Origin: Propionibacteriales bacterium
Lineage (GTDB): Bacteria; Actinomycetota; Actinomycetes; Propionibacteriales; Propionibacteriaceae
Direction of reading: 5' to 3'
NCBI GenBank assembly: GCA_038238065.1
Contig: JBBRYD010000001.1
Span: 17,396 to 81,395, forward strand
DNA: 64,000 bases
Shown here in pieces: positions 1 to 8,926 of this stretch (its first letter is position 1; each line of letters starts with the position of its first letter). The notes below the pieces were generated by a model that ran no database searches, was not told the origin of the DNA, and worked only from the letters and a program-made list of their open reading frames with translations. Both the position numbers and the translations under genes were made by a program.

Positions 1-77
1 TCGAGAGCGAAGCTGACGGTCTCGTCCGCCCGGCCACCATCAATGTCATCCACCAACTCAGTAACCAACTTACGCAT
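1..77 (-). CDS. lsr2: Lsr2 family nucleoid-associated protein, N-terminal part (runs off window)
   Basis: Manual translation from ATG 77 gives MRKLVTELVDDIDGGRADETVSFAL, matching the Lsr2 N-terminal LVDD(I/F)DG..ADETV.F.LD motif; not in the ORF track. Confidence 0.85.
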   Translation of the reverse strand, partial: MRKLVTELVDDIDGGRADETVSFAL

Positions 78-254
78 TGTGAACCTTCCCCGATATCAAT
101 GAGGACGCCAGCATAGCGCGAATGATCGGCGAACAGATATGCCGACATAGCCGTTTTCGGCGTTTGTCCGAAAATCGGGTGGCCGAGTGGCGGACGCCCG
201 ACCCGCGGTCCCTATACGGGGTTTATCACGAGGCTATAGATAACCTGAGAACTC

Positions 255-530
255 TCAGCCGCCGGCGACTGCAGGGATGATCGATATCTTGGCACCGTCG
301 CCGACCTCGGCCTCCAGGCCGCCGGAGAACCGGACGTCCTCCTCGCCGACGTAGACGTTGACGAACCGGCGGAGTGCCCCCGTGTCGTCCAGCACGCGGG
401 CCCGGATGCCCGGGTGGTTCGACTCCAGCGAGGCGAGCACTTCAGCCAGCGTCGAACCGTCGGCGGTGACCTCGCCGACTCCACCGGTGTAGGTGCGCAG
501 GATGGTGGGGATTCTGACCGATGCGCTCAT
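255..530 (-). CDS. MoaD/ThiS/CysO-type ubiquitin-like sulfur carrier protein
   Basis: 91 aa, VRIPTILR start, FVNVYV..EDVRF, C-terminal PAVAGG; start overlaps the upstream stop (ATGA). Confidence 0.9.
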   Translation of the reverse strand: MSASVRIPTILRTYTGGVGEVTADGSTLAEVLASLESNHPGIRARVLDDTGALRRFVNVYVGEEDVRFSGGLEAEVGDGAKISIIPAVAGG

Positions 531-1813
531 GCGCGGTGTTCCTTCCAGAAGTCGACGAACGCCTCATACCGTGGCGGGATGGTGGTGGCCGGTCCCACCT
601 GATCGGCGATAGCGTCGAGAGTCTTCAGCCCGTCGCCGGAGTTGATCACCACGGTCTCACCCTCGGGGTCGAGCACGCCGTCGCCGATCAGCTTGGCGGT
701 GACGCCGATGGTCACACCACCGGCGGTCTCGGCAAAGATGCCCTCGGTACGCGCGAGCCGCTGGATGTTCTGCACCACGGTGGTGTCGTCGACGTCGGCG
801 ATCAGCCCGCCGGTCCGGCGCACGACGTCCAACACGTACGGACCGTCGGCCGGGTTGCCGATAGCCAGCGACTTGGCGATGGTGTTCGGCTTGACCGGAG
901 CTACCACGTCGTGGCCGGCCCGGTAGGCCTGAGCGATGGGCGAGCAGCCGGACGCCTGGGCGCCGTAGATCTTGACCGGCTTACCCTCCACCAATCCGAG
1001 GTTGATCAGCTCGCTGATGCCCTTGTCGATCATGGTCAGCTGAGCACCGGACGCGACCGGGATCACGATCTGGTCCGGCAGCCGCCAGCCGAGCTGCTCG
1101 GCGATCTCGTACGCCAGCGTCTTGGAGCCCTCGGCGTAGTACGGCCGGACGTTGACGTTGACGAACGCCCAGCTGTCCTCCTCACCGGCGATCTCGCTGG
1201 CGAGCTTGTTGACGTCGTCGTAGTTGCCCTGGACCGCCACCAGCGTGGTGCCGTAGACCGCCGAGGCCAGGATCTTCTGCTGCTCCAGATTCTCCGGCAC
1301 GAAGACCACGGAGGTGATCCCGGCCCGAGCCGCCGCGGCGGCGACCGCGTTGGCCAGGTTGCCGGTCGACGGACAAGCGAGCACCTTGAAACCGAGCTCA
1401 CGAGCCGCGGACAACGCCACCGCGACGACCCGGTCCTTGAAGGAGTGCGTTGGGTTCCCCGAGTCGTCCTTCACCCAGAGCTTCTTCAGGCCGAGGTCAG
1501 CGGCGAGGTTTCCGGCGTCGATCAGCCGGGTGAAACCGGGGTCGGTGGACGGGATCGAGGCGATGTCTGCCGGCACCGGCAGCAGCGGCGCGTAGCGCCA
1601 GATGCTCTTGGGGCCGGCTTCGATCTGGGCTCGCGTGATGGTCGGGTATGCGTAGCCCACCTCCAGCGGGCCGAAACACTCCATGCACGCGTAGAAGGGG
1701 CCGAGATCGGTCTTCTCCCCGCACGCGCGGCACACCAGGTGGGTGGCGTTGCCGAAGGCGCCGGAGCGAGCGCCCGCCGCGGGCGAGATCTGGTTGTCCA
1801 ATACAACAGTCAT
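527..1813 (-). CDS. thrC: Threonine synthase-like PLP enzyme (possibly MetM-type O-phosphohomoserine sulfhydrylase)
   Basis: NPTHSFKDR PLP lysine, STGNLA, CxxC...CxxC Zn ribbon; start 1813 has a GAAGGA RBS 6 nt upstream. Confidence 0.85.
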   Translation of the reverse strand: MTVVLDNQISPAAGARSGAFGNATHLVCRACGEKTDLGPFYACMECFGPLEVGYAYPTITRAQIEAGPKSIWRYAPLLPVPADIASIPSTDPGFTRLIDAGNLAADLGLKKLWVKDDSGNPTHSFKDRVVAVALSAARELGFKVLACPSTGNLANAVAAAAARAGITSVVFVPENLEQQKILASAVYGTTLVAVQGNYDDVNKLASEIAGEEDSWAFVNVNVRPYYAEGSKTLAYEIAEQLGWRLPDQIVIPVASGAQLTMIDKGISELINLGLVEGKPVKIYGAQASGCSPIAQAYRAGHDVVAPVKPNTIAKSLAIGNPADGPYVLDVVRRTGGLIADVDDTTVVQNIQRLARTEGIFAETAGGVTIGVTAKLIGDGVLDPEGETVVINSGDGLKTLDAIADQVGPATTIPPRYEAFVDFWKEHRA

Positions 1814-1823
1814 GGCCATTCCT

Positions 1824-1960
1824 TCTTCATCTGCCTCGATCGGCTTTCGATCGAGTCGGAGGTGGCACCGTGTCTGACCGACGATCTCACGATCGAGGCG
1901 CCGGGCAGCTGGTTGCCGGGGAGTCATCGGGCCGAATCCCTAATCCCGCTCTGGATGAGC
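1824..1960 (-). promoter_or_regulatory. SAM-I (S-box) riboswitch
   Basis: Minus strand CTCATCCAGAG...GGCCCGATGA..CCCGGCAACC...GGTGCCA..TCC...AGATGAAG follows the SAM-I consensus; P1 3' strand abuts the RBS. Confidence 0.9.
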
Positions 1961-2064
1961 AGTCCCTACAGTAATCACGACACCCCCCCGAACGCACGGT
2001 GGGGTCCCGCATGTTGGGCAAGCCGTCCACTGTTTGAGATTCTGCGCTCTGCCACAATGGGTTC

Positions 2065-2550
2065 GTGCCGATCAGTGTCGACCAGACCTCATGGACTCCG
2101 TTGCTCCGACTTCGTGCCGCCGGCAACATGATCAACCTCAGCACGCCGTTCGGGTTGGTGGTTGCCGCGCTGGGTCACAGCACCATTCGGCGGCATCACC
2201 GCGGGCTCTACCTGGCCGAGCATTACCGGCCGAGGTTTCCGCTGGCGGGAGCGTTCACCGTCGGCAACGTGATCATCACCGGCGGGGAGTTCAGCGCCTT
2301 CGACAGCCGGTTTCCTCGCCTGCTCGAGCACGAGGAACGGCACACTTGGCAGTATCTCTACTGCCTCGGGCTGCCGTACTTCCTGTTCTACGGAGCGTGC
2401 ATGGGATGGTCGATGATCCGGACTGGGGACCGCGCGTCGGCCAACTTCTTCGAGCGGCAGGCGTCACTGCCCTGGGGCGGCTACGCGGAACGCCCCGCTC
2501 GGCCGGTCGGGGTGGGGCTGCGCTCGCTCTTCGGTGCAGCGAAGGGTTAG
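2065..2550 (+). CDS. Hypothetical protein with HExxH zincin-like motif
   Basis: AFTVGNVI...LLEHEERHTWQY...NFFER; CACAAT -10 six nt before GTG. Confidence 0.7.
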   Translation: MPISVDQTSWTPLLRLRAAGNMINLSTPFGLVVAALGHSTIRRHHRGLYLAEHYRPRFPLAGAFTVGNVIITGGEFSAFDSRFPRLLEHEERHTWQYLYCLGLPYFLFYGACMGWSMIRTGDRASANFFERQASLPWGGYAERPARPVGVGLRSLFGAAKG

Positions 2551-2859
2551 TCAGCTGTCGATCGTGAGGTCGATGCCCAGCCGCTTGGCCGAACGGTTCC
2601 GCTGCCGCGAGGCGCGTAGCCGACGGAGCCGCTTCACCAGCAGCGGATCCTGGACCAGCGCCTCCGGCTTGTCGATCAGCGCGTTCAGGACTTGGTAGTA
2701 GCGGGTGGCCGACATCTGGAACTTGTCCCGGATGGCTTGCTCCTTGGCGCCCGCGAACTTCCACCACTGGCGTTCGAAGGCCAAGATCTCAGCATCTCGA
2801 GCATTCAGCTCTCCGGTCGGCTCCGCACCGGCGTGCTCGGGACTCGTAGCGGCGACCAT
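2551..2859 (-). CDS. DUF3263 domain protein
   Basis: ILAFERQWWKFAGAKEQAIRDKFQMSATRYYQVLNALID signature; TACTAT -10 six nt before ATG 2859. Confidence 0.9.
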   Translation of the reverse strand: MVAATSPEHAGAEPTGELNARDAEILAFERQWWKFAGAKEQAIRDKFQMSATRYYQVLNALIDKPEALVQDPLLVKRLRRLRASRQRNRSAKRLGIDLTIDS

Positions 2860-2953
2860 GACGCCATAGTAGGCACAAACCACACCGGTGTCATTTAACC
2901 CACGGGGGCAGGTGCCGACATTTCTGCTGGCGACGGTGCGGTTGGATGGAGCT

Positions 2954-3964
2954 GTGACGATCGATAACACCTTGGTCCGTTGGGGCATCCTCAGCACGGG
3001 GCACATCGCCTCCACCTTCACCCACGACCTGGCCCTGCTGCCCGACGAGGCTGTGCTCGCCGCGGTGGCGTCGCGGACCCTGGACAAGGCCCAGGCGTTC
3101 GCCGAGGAACACGGGGTGGACCGGGCCTACGGGTCGTACGCCGAACTGGCGGCCGACGAGGGCGTCGACGTGGTCTACATCGCATCGACCCACAACGACC
3201 ACTTCGCCTCGGCCAAGCTCTGCCTCGAGGGCGGCAAGGCCGTGCTCGTCGAGAAGCCTCTGACCGTCACCGCCGCCGAAGCCGATGAGCTCGTCGCCCT
3301 CGCCGAAGCCAGACACCTGTTCCTGATGGAGGCCGTCTGGAACCGGACCAACCCGCTGATCCGGAAGGCGGCAGAGATCGTGGGTTCGGGTGAGCTCGGT
3401 GCGGTCCGGCACGTTGCGGCATCCTTCGGCTTCGCGTTCGACGGCGACGAGACGCACCGCCTGCTCGACCCAGCGCAGGCGGGCGGGGCCATCCTCGACC
3501 TCGGCGTCTATCCGGTGCACGGCGTCAACCTGTTCCTCGGCGAACCCGACCACGTGTCGGGATACGGGAGCTACGCGAGCACCGGGGTGGACAGCCATGC
3601 GGCGGCGACGCTCAGCTATCCGGCCACCCCTGAGCGACCCGCAGCCACGGCCAGCATCCTGTGCACGTTGGAGGTGACGGTGCCGACGCGGCTCGAGGTG
3701 TTCTGCTCTGACGGGCGCGTCGTGATCGACAACTTCATCCGACCGCCCAAGATCTCGGTCTACCGCGGGAACGACCGCGAGGCAGAGCCGGAGGTGCTGG
3801 TGACTCAGTGGCCCGGAGGGGGCTACACGTTCCAGGCTCAGGAAGTGATGCGCTGCCTGCGGGCCGGCGAGGTGCAGACCTCGCTGGTGCCGTGGGCCGA
3901 CACCCTGGCCACGATGCGCACTCTCGAGGCGTGGCGGGCGGCCGTGGACGCCGCTCAGCCGTGA
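2954..3964 (+). CDS. Gfo/Idh/MocA family oxidoreductase
   Basis: RWGILSTGHIA, VLVEKP, GGAILDLGVY; GTG 2954 follows GGATGGAG. Confidence 0.9.
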   Translation: MTIDNTLVRWGILSTGHIASTFTHDLALLPDEAVLAAVASRTLDKAQAFAEEHGVDRAYGSYAELAADEGVDVVYIASTHNDHFASAKLCLEGGKAVLVEKPLTVTAAEADELVALAEARHLFLMEAVWNRTNPLIRKAAEIVGSGELGAVRHVAASFGFAFDGDETHRLLDPAQAGGAILDLGVYPVHGVNLFLGEPDHVSGYGSYASTGVDSHAAATLSYPATPERPAATASILCTLEVTVPTRLEVFCSDGRVVIDNFIRPPKISVYRGNDREAEPEVLVTQWPGGGYTFQAQEVMRCLRAGEVQTSLVPWADTLATMRTLEAWRAAVDAAQP

Positions 3965-5139
3965 TCAGTCGCCTCGTCGGCACGATTCAGCCGTACGCGT
4001 GGGGGTCCACGACCTTCATCCCTCGGCTGCTCGGCACCCGGCCCACCGGCGAGCCGCAAGCCGAGCTCTGGCTCGGCGCCCATCCGTCGGCGCCGTCGCT
4101 GGTATCCGACCGACCCCTCGACGAGCTGGTCCGCGAGGATCCGATCGGCACCGTCGGAGCGCCCTCCGAGGGAGAGTTCGGGCCCCGGCTGCCATACCTG
4201 CTGAAGGTCCTGTCCGCGTCGAAGCCGCTGTCCCTGCAGGCGCACCCCTCCCGCACCCAAGCCGAGGAAGGGTTCGCGCGGGAGGAGGAGGCCGGGATCG
4301 CGTCGGACTCCCTCAACCGCACCTACCGGGACGACTGGCCCAAACCCGAGGCGCTCTGCGTGCTGGACGAGGCCGAGGTGCTGTGCGGTTTCCGGGAGCC
4401 GTACGAGACCTACGAGCTGTTCCGGCAGCTCGGGGTGGCGCCGGCGCTGGACCTGGTCTCGCCGCTCCAGGGCGGAAGCGCCGAGCGCTTGGAGGAGGTT
4501 TTCGGCCGCATCCTGCGCTTGACGGAGTCGGAACGCCACGTGGTCGGCGCAGTGGCTGCTGCTGCTGCTCAGGTCACGAGCGACGGCGAGCTCGGGATCT
4601 TTGCCCAGACGGCGCGGGAGCTCGGGGAGCCCTACCCCGACGATCCCGGCGTGCTCGCCGCGCTGCTGATGAACCGGGTCACGCTGCAGCAGAACGAGGC
4701 GATCTTCCTGCCCGCCGGGAACCTGCACGCCTACCTCCGCGGGAACGGCATGGAGATCATGGCCAACTCGGACAACGTCCTGCGCGGGGGTTTGACCTCG
4801 AAGCACATCGACGTCGAAGAGCTGCTCACGGTGCTCGACTTCACGCCCGGCTTCCCTGGTCTGGTGCCCTGTGTCGAAGGCCCGGCCGGCGTCTGGGCCT
4901 ACCAGACTCCCGCTCCGGAGTTTGCCCTGTGGCGGCTCGAGGTCGCCCGCGAGGTCATCAAGGTCCCGCGTGTGGACGGGGGTCGGGTGCTGCTGGTCAC
5001 CGCAGGAACCGTGACCGTCACCGCCGAGGCCGATCAGCTGGTCTTGAGCCGCGGGCAGTCGGCTTTCGTGACGGCGGGCGAGGACGCGCGGATCGACGGT
5101 GCCGGAATCGTGTTCGTCGCCGGGCCCGGAATTGGGTAA
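3961..5139 (+). CDS. manA: Mannose-6-phosphate isomerase, class I
   Basis: YAWGS, AELWLGAHP, LSLQAHP, HAYLRG, EIMANSDNVLRGGLT; GTG overlaps the upstream stop. Confidence 0.95.
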   Translation: MISRLVGTIQPYAWGSTTFIPRLLGTRPTGEPQAELWLGAHPSAPSLVSDRPLDELVREDPIGTVGAPSEGEFGPRLPYLLKVLSASKPLSLQAHPSRTQAEEGFAREEEAGIASDSLNRTYRDDWPKPEALCVLDEAEVLCGFREPYETYELFRQLGVAPALDLVSPLQGGSAERLEEVFGRILRLTESERHVVGAVAAAAAQVTSDGELGIFAQTARELGEPYPDDPGVLAALLMNRVTLQQNEAIFLPAGNLHAYLRGNGMEIMANSDNVLRGGLTSKHIDVEELLTVLDFTPGFPGLVPCVEGPAGVWAYQTPAPEFALWRLEVAREVIKVPRVDGGRVLLVTAGTVTVTAEADQLVLSRGQSAFVTAGEDARIDGAGIVFVAGPGIG

Positions 5140-5153
5140 CCTGGCTCGGCACT

Positions 5154-5226
5154 GCTGGCGTGGCGCAATTGGTAGCGCACCTGTCTTGTAAACAGGCGGT
5201 TGTCGGTTCGAGTCCGACCGTCAGCT
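5154..5226 (+). tRNA. tRNA-Thr (anticodon UGU)
   Basis: Cloverleaf: GCTGGCG/CGTCAGC acceptor, GCGC D-stem, CCTGT-CTTGTAA-ACAGG anticodon arm, GTCGG-TTCGAGT-CCGAC T arm; CCA not encoded. Confidence 0.97.
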
Positions 5227-5322
5227 CAACGATTTGACCTGATCAGCCCCCTAGCGGTGCACGGCAGCGTGACGAGGGGACACACCGTTCGAGCGCCGTG
5301 GTGGAGGAGCCGTTGTCGGCGC

Positions 5323-5994
5323 TCACGACGCGGCGTTGAGCAACTGCCACTGACCCTCGGACACGACGTCGACCGTTCCATCAACGACCTTGATCGCGGT
5401 TTCGTCGTCGACCACATAGCCGGGGTTCGGAATGCCGGCCGCCCAGCGTTCCGCCTCCGCCATCGTGTTCCCCGGCCGACCCTCACCGTTGACGTGCGGG
5501 CAGATCGAGAAGTCGACGACGCCCAAGGTCTCGTCACCGGCGGGCGACTCCCACTGGACGAACTCTTTCCCGATACGAGGCGTCAGCACCATGCTGCCGG
5601 CGCTCAATCCCACCCACACCGTGTCACCCAGAGACGGCAGCAGGTCCGCCAGCCTGGATTGCCGCACCCAGTGACTCAGGTATCCGGCATCGCCGCCAGC
5701 CACCAGCAACACGTCTGCCTCACGGACCCACGGGACCCACCGCTCCTCGCCGATGCTGGGCAGCGCGGTCAGCTCAAGAACCCCGACAGATTTCCACCCC
5801 AAGCCGCACATCGGCAGCTCAGAGGTCCCGCTGATGAACTGCCATGCCATGGCCGGGTTGACCATCGGGTGCCCGTACTGCGCCGTCGGGATGCACAGGG
5901 CAGTGGATTCTGCGATCGGTTTACCCAGCAGATCGACGAGTGCGCCACGGATACTCGCGTTCTTGACACCCGCTGAGGTAAGGAGGAGTTTCAT
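5323..5994 (-). CDS. Peptidase E / S51 family (type 1 glutamine amidotransferase-like)
   Basis: MKLLLTSAG, VAGGD, WVGLSAGS nucleophile elbow, SICPH. Confidence 0.85.
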   Translation of the reverse strand: MKLLLTSAGVKNASIRGALVDLLGKPIAESTALCIPTAQYGHPMVNPAMAWQFISGTSELPMCGLGWKSVGVLELTALPSIGEERWVPWVREADVLLVAGGDAGYLSHWVRQSRLADLLPSLGDTVWVGLSAGSMVLTPRIGKEFVQWESPAGDETLGVVDFSICPHVNGEGRPGNTMAEAERWAAGIPNPGYVVDDETAIKVVDGTVDVVSEGQWQLLNAAS

Positions 5995-6659
5995 GATCAC
6001 TTCCTGATCGTGTCGTGCTCTGGAGTCACGTGAACCGGGTTCGGATAGTAGGTTCGACTCACCGAGTCAGAAGAAGTCATCGGGGACAGGCCAGTGCGAC
6101 CCAAACAGTGTCTTAGGTCGTCCGCATACGTCTCGGACAGTCCCGCCCGGGTGGCCCTGTCGCCCTACCGCAGTGCCGCACATGCGTCCGGCTGGTCCCA
6201 CTGACACGGAAGCGGTCAACGATGCGATGACCTGGACACATATGAGCCACATGTCGCAGCTACAACGGGAAGCGAGCGGGCCAAGGAAACAGGTTGCCCA
6301 ACGCAGATGGGGCAGTCCCGGCAATGTCTGGGGCACGGCACCATGCCTTGACCGCTGGAATACCCACCGAAACGGCCCTGTTGAACCTCAGCCGCACGCG
6401 ACTTGTCACAGTGGCGATTAGTTGATAATTTAATCGCGCTAGAAAGTAGCCGGTCTGGGACTTGTGTAGCCGCCCCGAAGGGCCGCTCCCAAGGTAGCGT
6501 TCGCTTCCGCCCTGAGTCATCCAGAAGTTATGTCCGGTCATGGTTTGCCTATGTTCACGACCGAGATCACCGATCCGGCTGTCGTCACGCTTCTCCGAGA
6601 AACGCATTGGGGAGTGAGGCGAGCACGATCAGTGGTGTTTACCGCACGCATCATCGGGA

Positions 6660-7056
6660 TGAATGATCTTCCGTTGGGGGAAAGATCCTCACTTCAGCCT
6701 GGGCGTCAGCCTGAACTCATGACTTGACGGACGGAGTTGAGCAGCGATGCCACTCAATCCGTGACACGACTGGATAGAGAAAAGTCCGCAGCCGCCTGCT
6801 CGGGGGATCAGGTAGCTGCGGACTTCTCAATGACTATGACACCCGACAATACAAACGCCTAATCGTTACCGGAAGCCCGTCGAGGTGCGGTCCTCGAATA
6901 CCACCAGTCGTGTTCGATACGGACTGCCGTGAGGTGAAGTCGATGTGACCTGCCGGTCACATCCAATGGGGAGCTCGACCTGGCAGGAGTCTCCCGGGAT
7001 GACCGTGAAGAATTATCGCCGAACAGCGACTTTCAACGGCGGTCACCTCACCGTAT
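6660..7056. ncRNA. Candidate structured non-coding RNA (unknown family)
   Basis: No credible ORF; perfect stems 6782-6792/6815-6825, 6942-6950/6955-6963, 6764-6773/6904-6913 and 6929-6937/7043-7051. Confidence 0.3.
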
Positions 7057-7060
7057 ACGG

Positions 7061-8293
7061 CTATCTCGTGGCGAGCGCGACCAGTGCGTTCCTGACGTCA
7101 GCGTGTGCCGCTGCTTGCTGGGTGGCGGCAGAAGCGATGGCCTGCACGGCAAGAGCAGCTTGTCGGACGTCCAACTCCAGGGATGTAGCGGCAGTCGATG
7201 CGGCAGCGGCGGCCAGGGCTGCAGCGCTGGCCACTGCCCTGGAAACGGCCAGCGCCGCGAGGGTCGTTTCCGTCGCCGTGGTCATGGCGGTAGCGGTGAC
7301 TGTGGCTGCTAGCCGTGTGGCGGCGTCACTGGCCGCGTCCGCGGCGAGTGAGGCGGCAACGTCGGCTCTCTGTTGCACGCCCACGGCTGTTTGAGCAGCG
7401 GTGTCGGCGATCGCCTGCGCGGTCAGCGCTTTAGCCGTTGTTGTGGCTCCTCCGGGCGGCAGGGTGGCGGCTTGTGTTGCGGCCGCGGCGACGGCTCGTG
7501 CCACGGTCGAGGCGGCCCGGGCGGTCTCTGACGCCGCGGCGGCGGCAGTTGCGGTGACTGTCGTGGCTAGCCGGGCCGCGGTGTCCGCCGCTGCGTCTGC
7601 GGCGGTGACTGCAGTTGCGTCGGCCTGCGCCTTGACGCTGTGTGCGGTGCGGGCCGCGTCAGACGCTACGTCTTCGGCGGCCATCGCGGTGGAGATCGCA
7701 TTCGCACCGCGCAATGCTTCAGCAGTGGCCGCCTTGGTCTCGGCGGCGGCCATGACGGCCACCCGGGTGATCTCCACTGCCTCAGCGACCACGGCCGACG
7801 TCTGCGCGTCCGCAGTGTCTTGGGCCTCGAGGAATGCTGCGATCTCCGCTGGGGCCGTGGCTGGAACGAGATCAGCTACGCCCTCAATGTCTGCCGGCGG
7901 CGGGACGACCTCAACCTTCACTGTGTCAGTATGCTGACTTCGCGATAGGTGCCGAGTGTCCGCTGCCTCTTCGTCAAGTCGACGTCTGGCCAGTCGCCCC
8001 AGGTCCGCATAGCCCGGATCGGGCAGAGACGCGCGAATCGTTGTGGCCTGCGTGATTGTGGACTCGACTTCCCATGTCGTATCGGTGTCGTCCATCAAGA
8101 CGTGGGTGTCATAGACCACGTCACAAAGGGCAACGCTGATCCTGACGAGGTCGTCAAAAGGGTCGGTCTCGTCGAACTCCGCGAGCAACATCGCCGTGGC
8201 CACATCGAGCGCCAATTGCGGCGTCATCGTCAAAGTGACGAGAGTTGTCACCGGCTGCCGGGTGGGGGGTTTGTCCGTGCTGTGAATGCGCAT
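7061..8293 (-). CDS. Hypothetical Ala/Thr-rich protein with internal duplication
   Basis: 410-aa ORF, GAGG 7 nt before ATG, two ~67-aa repeats 86 codons apart. Confidence 0.65.
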   Translation of the reverse strand: MRIHSTDKPPTRQPVTTLVTLTMTPQLALDVATAMLLAEFDETDPFDDLVRISVALCDVVYDTHVLMDDTDTTWEVESTITQATTIRASLPDPGYADLGRLARRRLDEEAADTRHLSRSQHTDTVKVEVVPPPADIEGVADLVPATAPAEIAAFLEAQDTADAQTSAVVAEAVEITRVAVMAAAETKAATAEALRGANAISTAMAAEDVASDAARTAHSVKAQADATAVTAADAAADTAARLATTVTATAAAAASETARAASTVARAVAAAATQAATLPPGGATTTAKALTAQAIADTAAQTAVGVQQRADVAASLAADAASDAATRLAATVTATAMTTATETTLAALAVSRAVASAAALAAAAASTAATSLELDVRQAALAVQAIASAATQQAAAHADVRNALVALATR

Positions 8294-8926
8294 TCTTCAA
8301 CCTCGTCGCCCCCCGGTTCGGGCTCCCAGGATTTGCGGGATCATCCTGCACAGTACACGTGATTAGCGTCCACCCATATAGGCACCCGGATATGAATTCC
8401 CAAGCGACAAGAAATGCCAGGGGCGGCCGACGGAGCCAGCTGACGAAGAAGCTTGCTGACCACGTCCACTAGCTTGCTGTTGCATTCTTGCGTGCCTCCT
8501 GCGAAGCACATGCAGGACGGGTCATCAGGCTGATCTTCGAGCAATCCCTGTGTAGATCATAGCGAAACCCGTCCGTGGATGAGGCATACATGGAACCGCA
8601 ACCTCGAATGAACTATCCAAGCTGGCCACCGCTCTCGTAACGCTCGACTACGTGAGCTGACTCAATAGGAAATGCTTCACCTTTCGCGCTGGCAGACCGC
8701 ATGGTCGTAAAAAACCGAGGTACGCCCCATGCTCGTCGCAGTCCACGACCGTCCATTCGAGATCATGAGCGTCAGCGCGCCGCCACCGCTATCAGGAGTC
8801 GGCCGAGAACCAATGCGACCACCAGCGCCAAAGCTCTGTGCTCTGCGGAATTGCCTCTGCCCTGCTGAGCACAGAACCGGCATCCACGAACGTCAAGGAA
8901 CCGCCCGTCTGGCTAACATGCAAGCC

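Noticed and set aside
521-2131. Long antisense ORFs (e.g. 521-2131+, 28329-30227-, 44404-46368-, 61544-63790+)
   Set aside because: Shadow frames opposite well-supported genes, typical of high-GC DNA; no recognisable motifs
6048-6068. GGTTCGACTC resembling a tRNA T-loop
   Set aside because: No T stem or cloverleaf; it overlaps the likely peptidase E promoter
6067-6727. Short ORFs in the 6.0-6.7 kb tract
   Set aside because: No RBS, codon bias or family motif; they overlap one another
7015-7062. Minus-strand AGCCGTATACGG...TGAAAGTCGC resembling group II intron domain V
   Set aside because: Does not fold into the ~34-nt DV hairpin; no RT/maturase or domain VI visible
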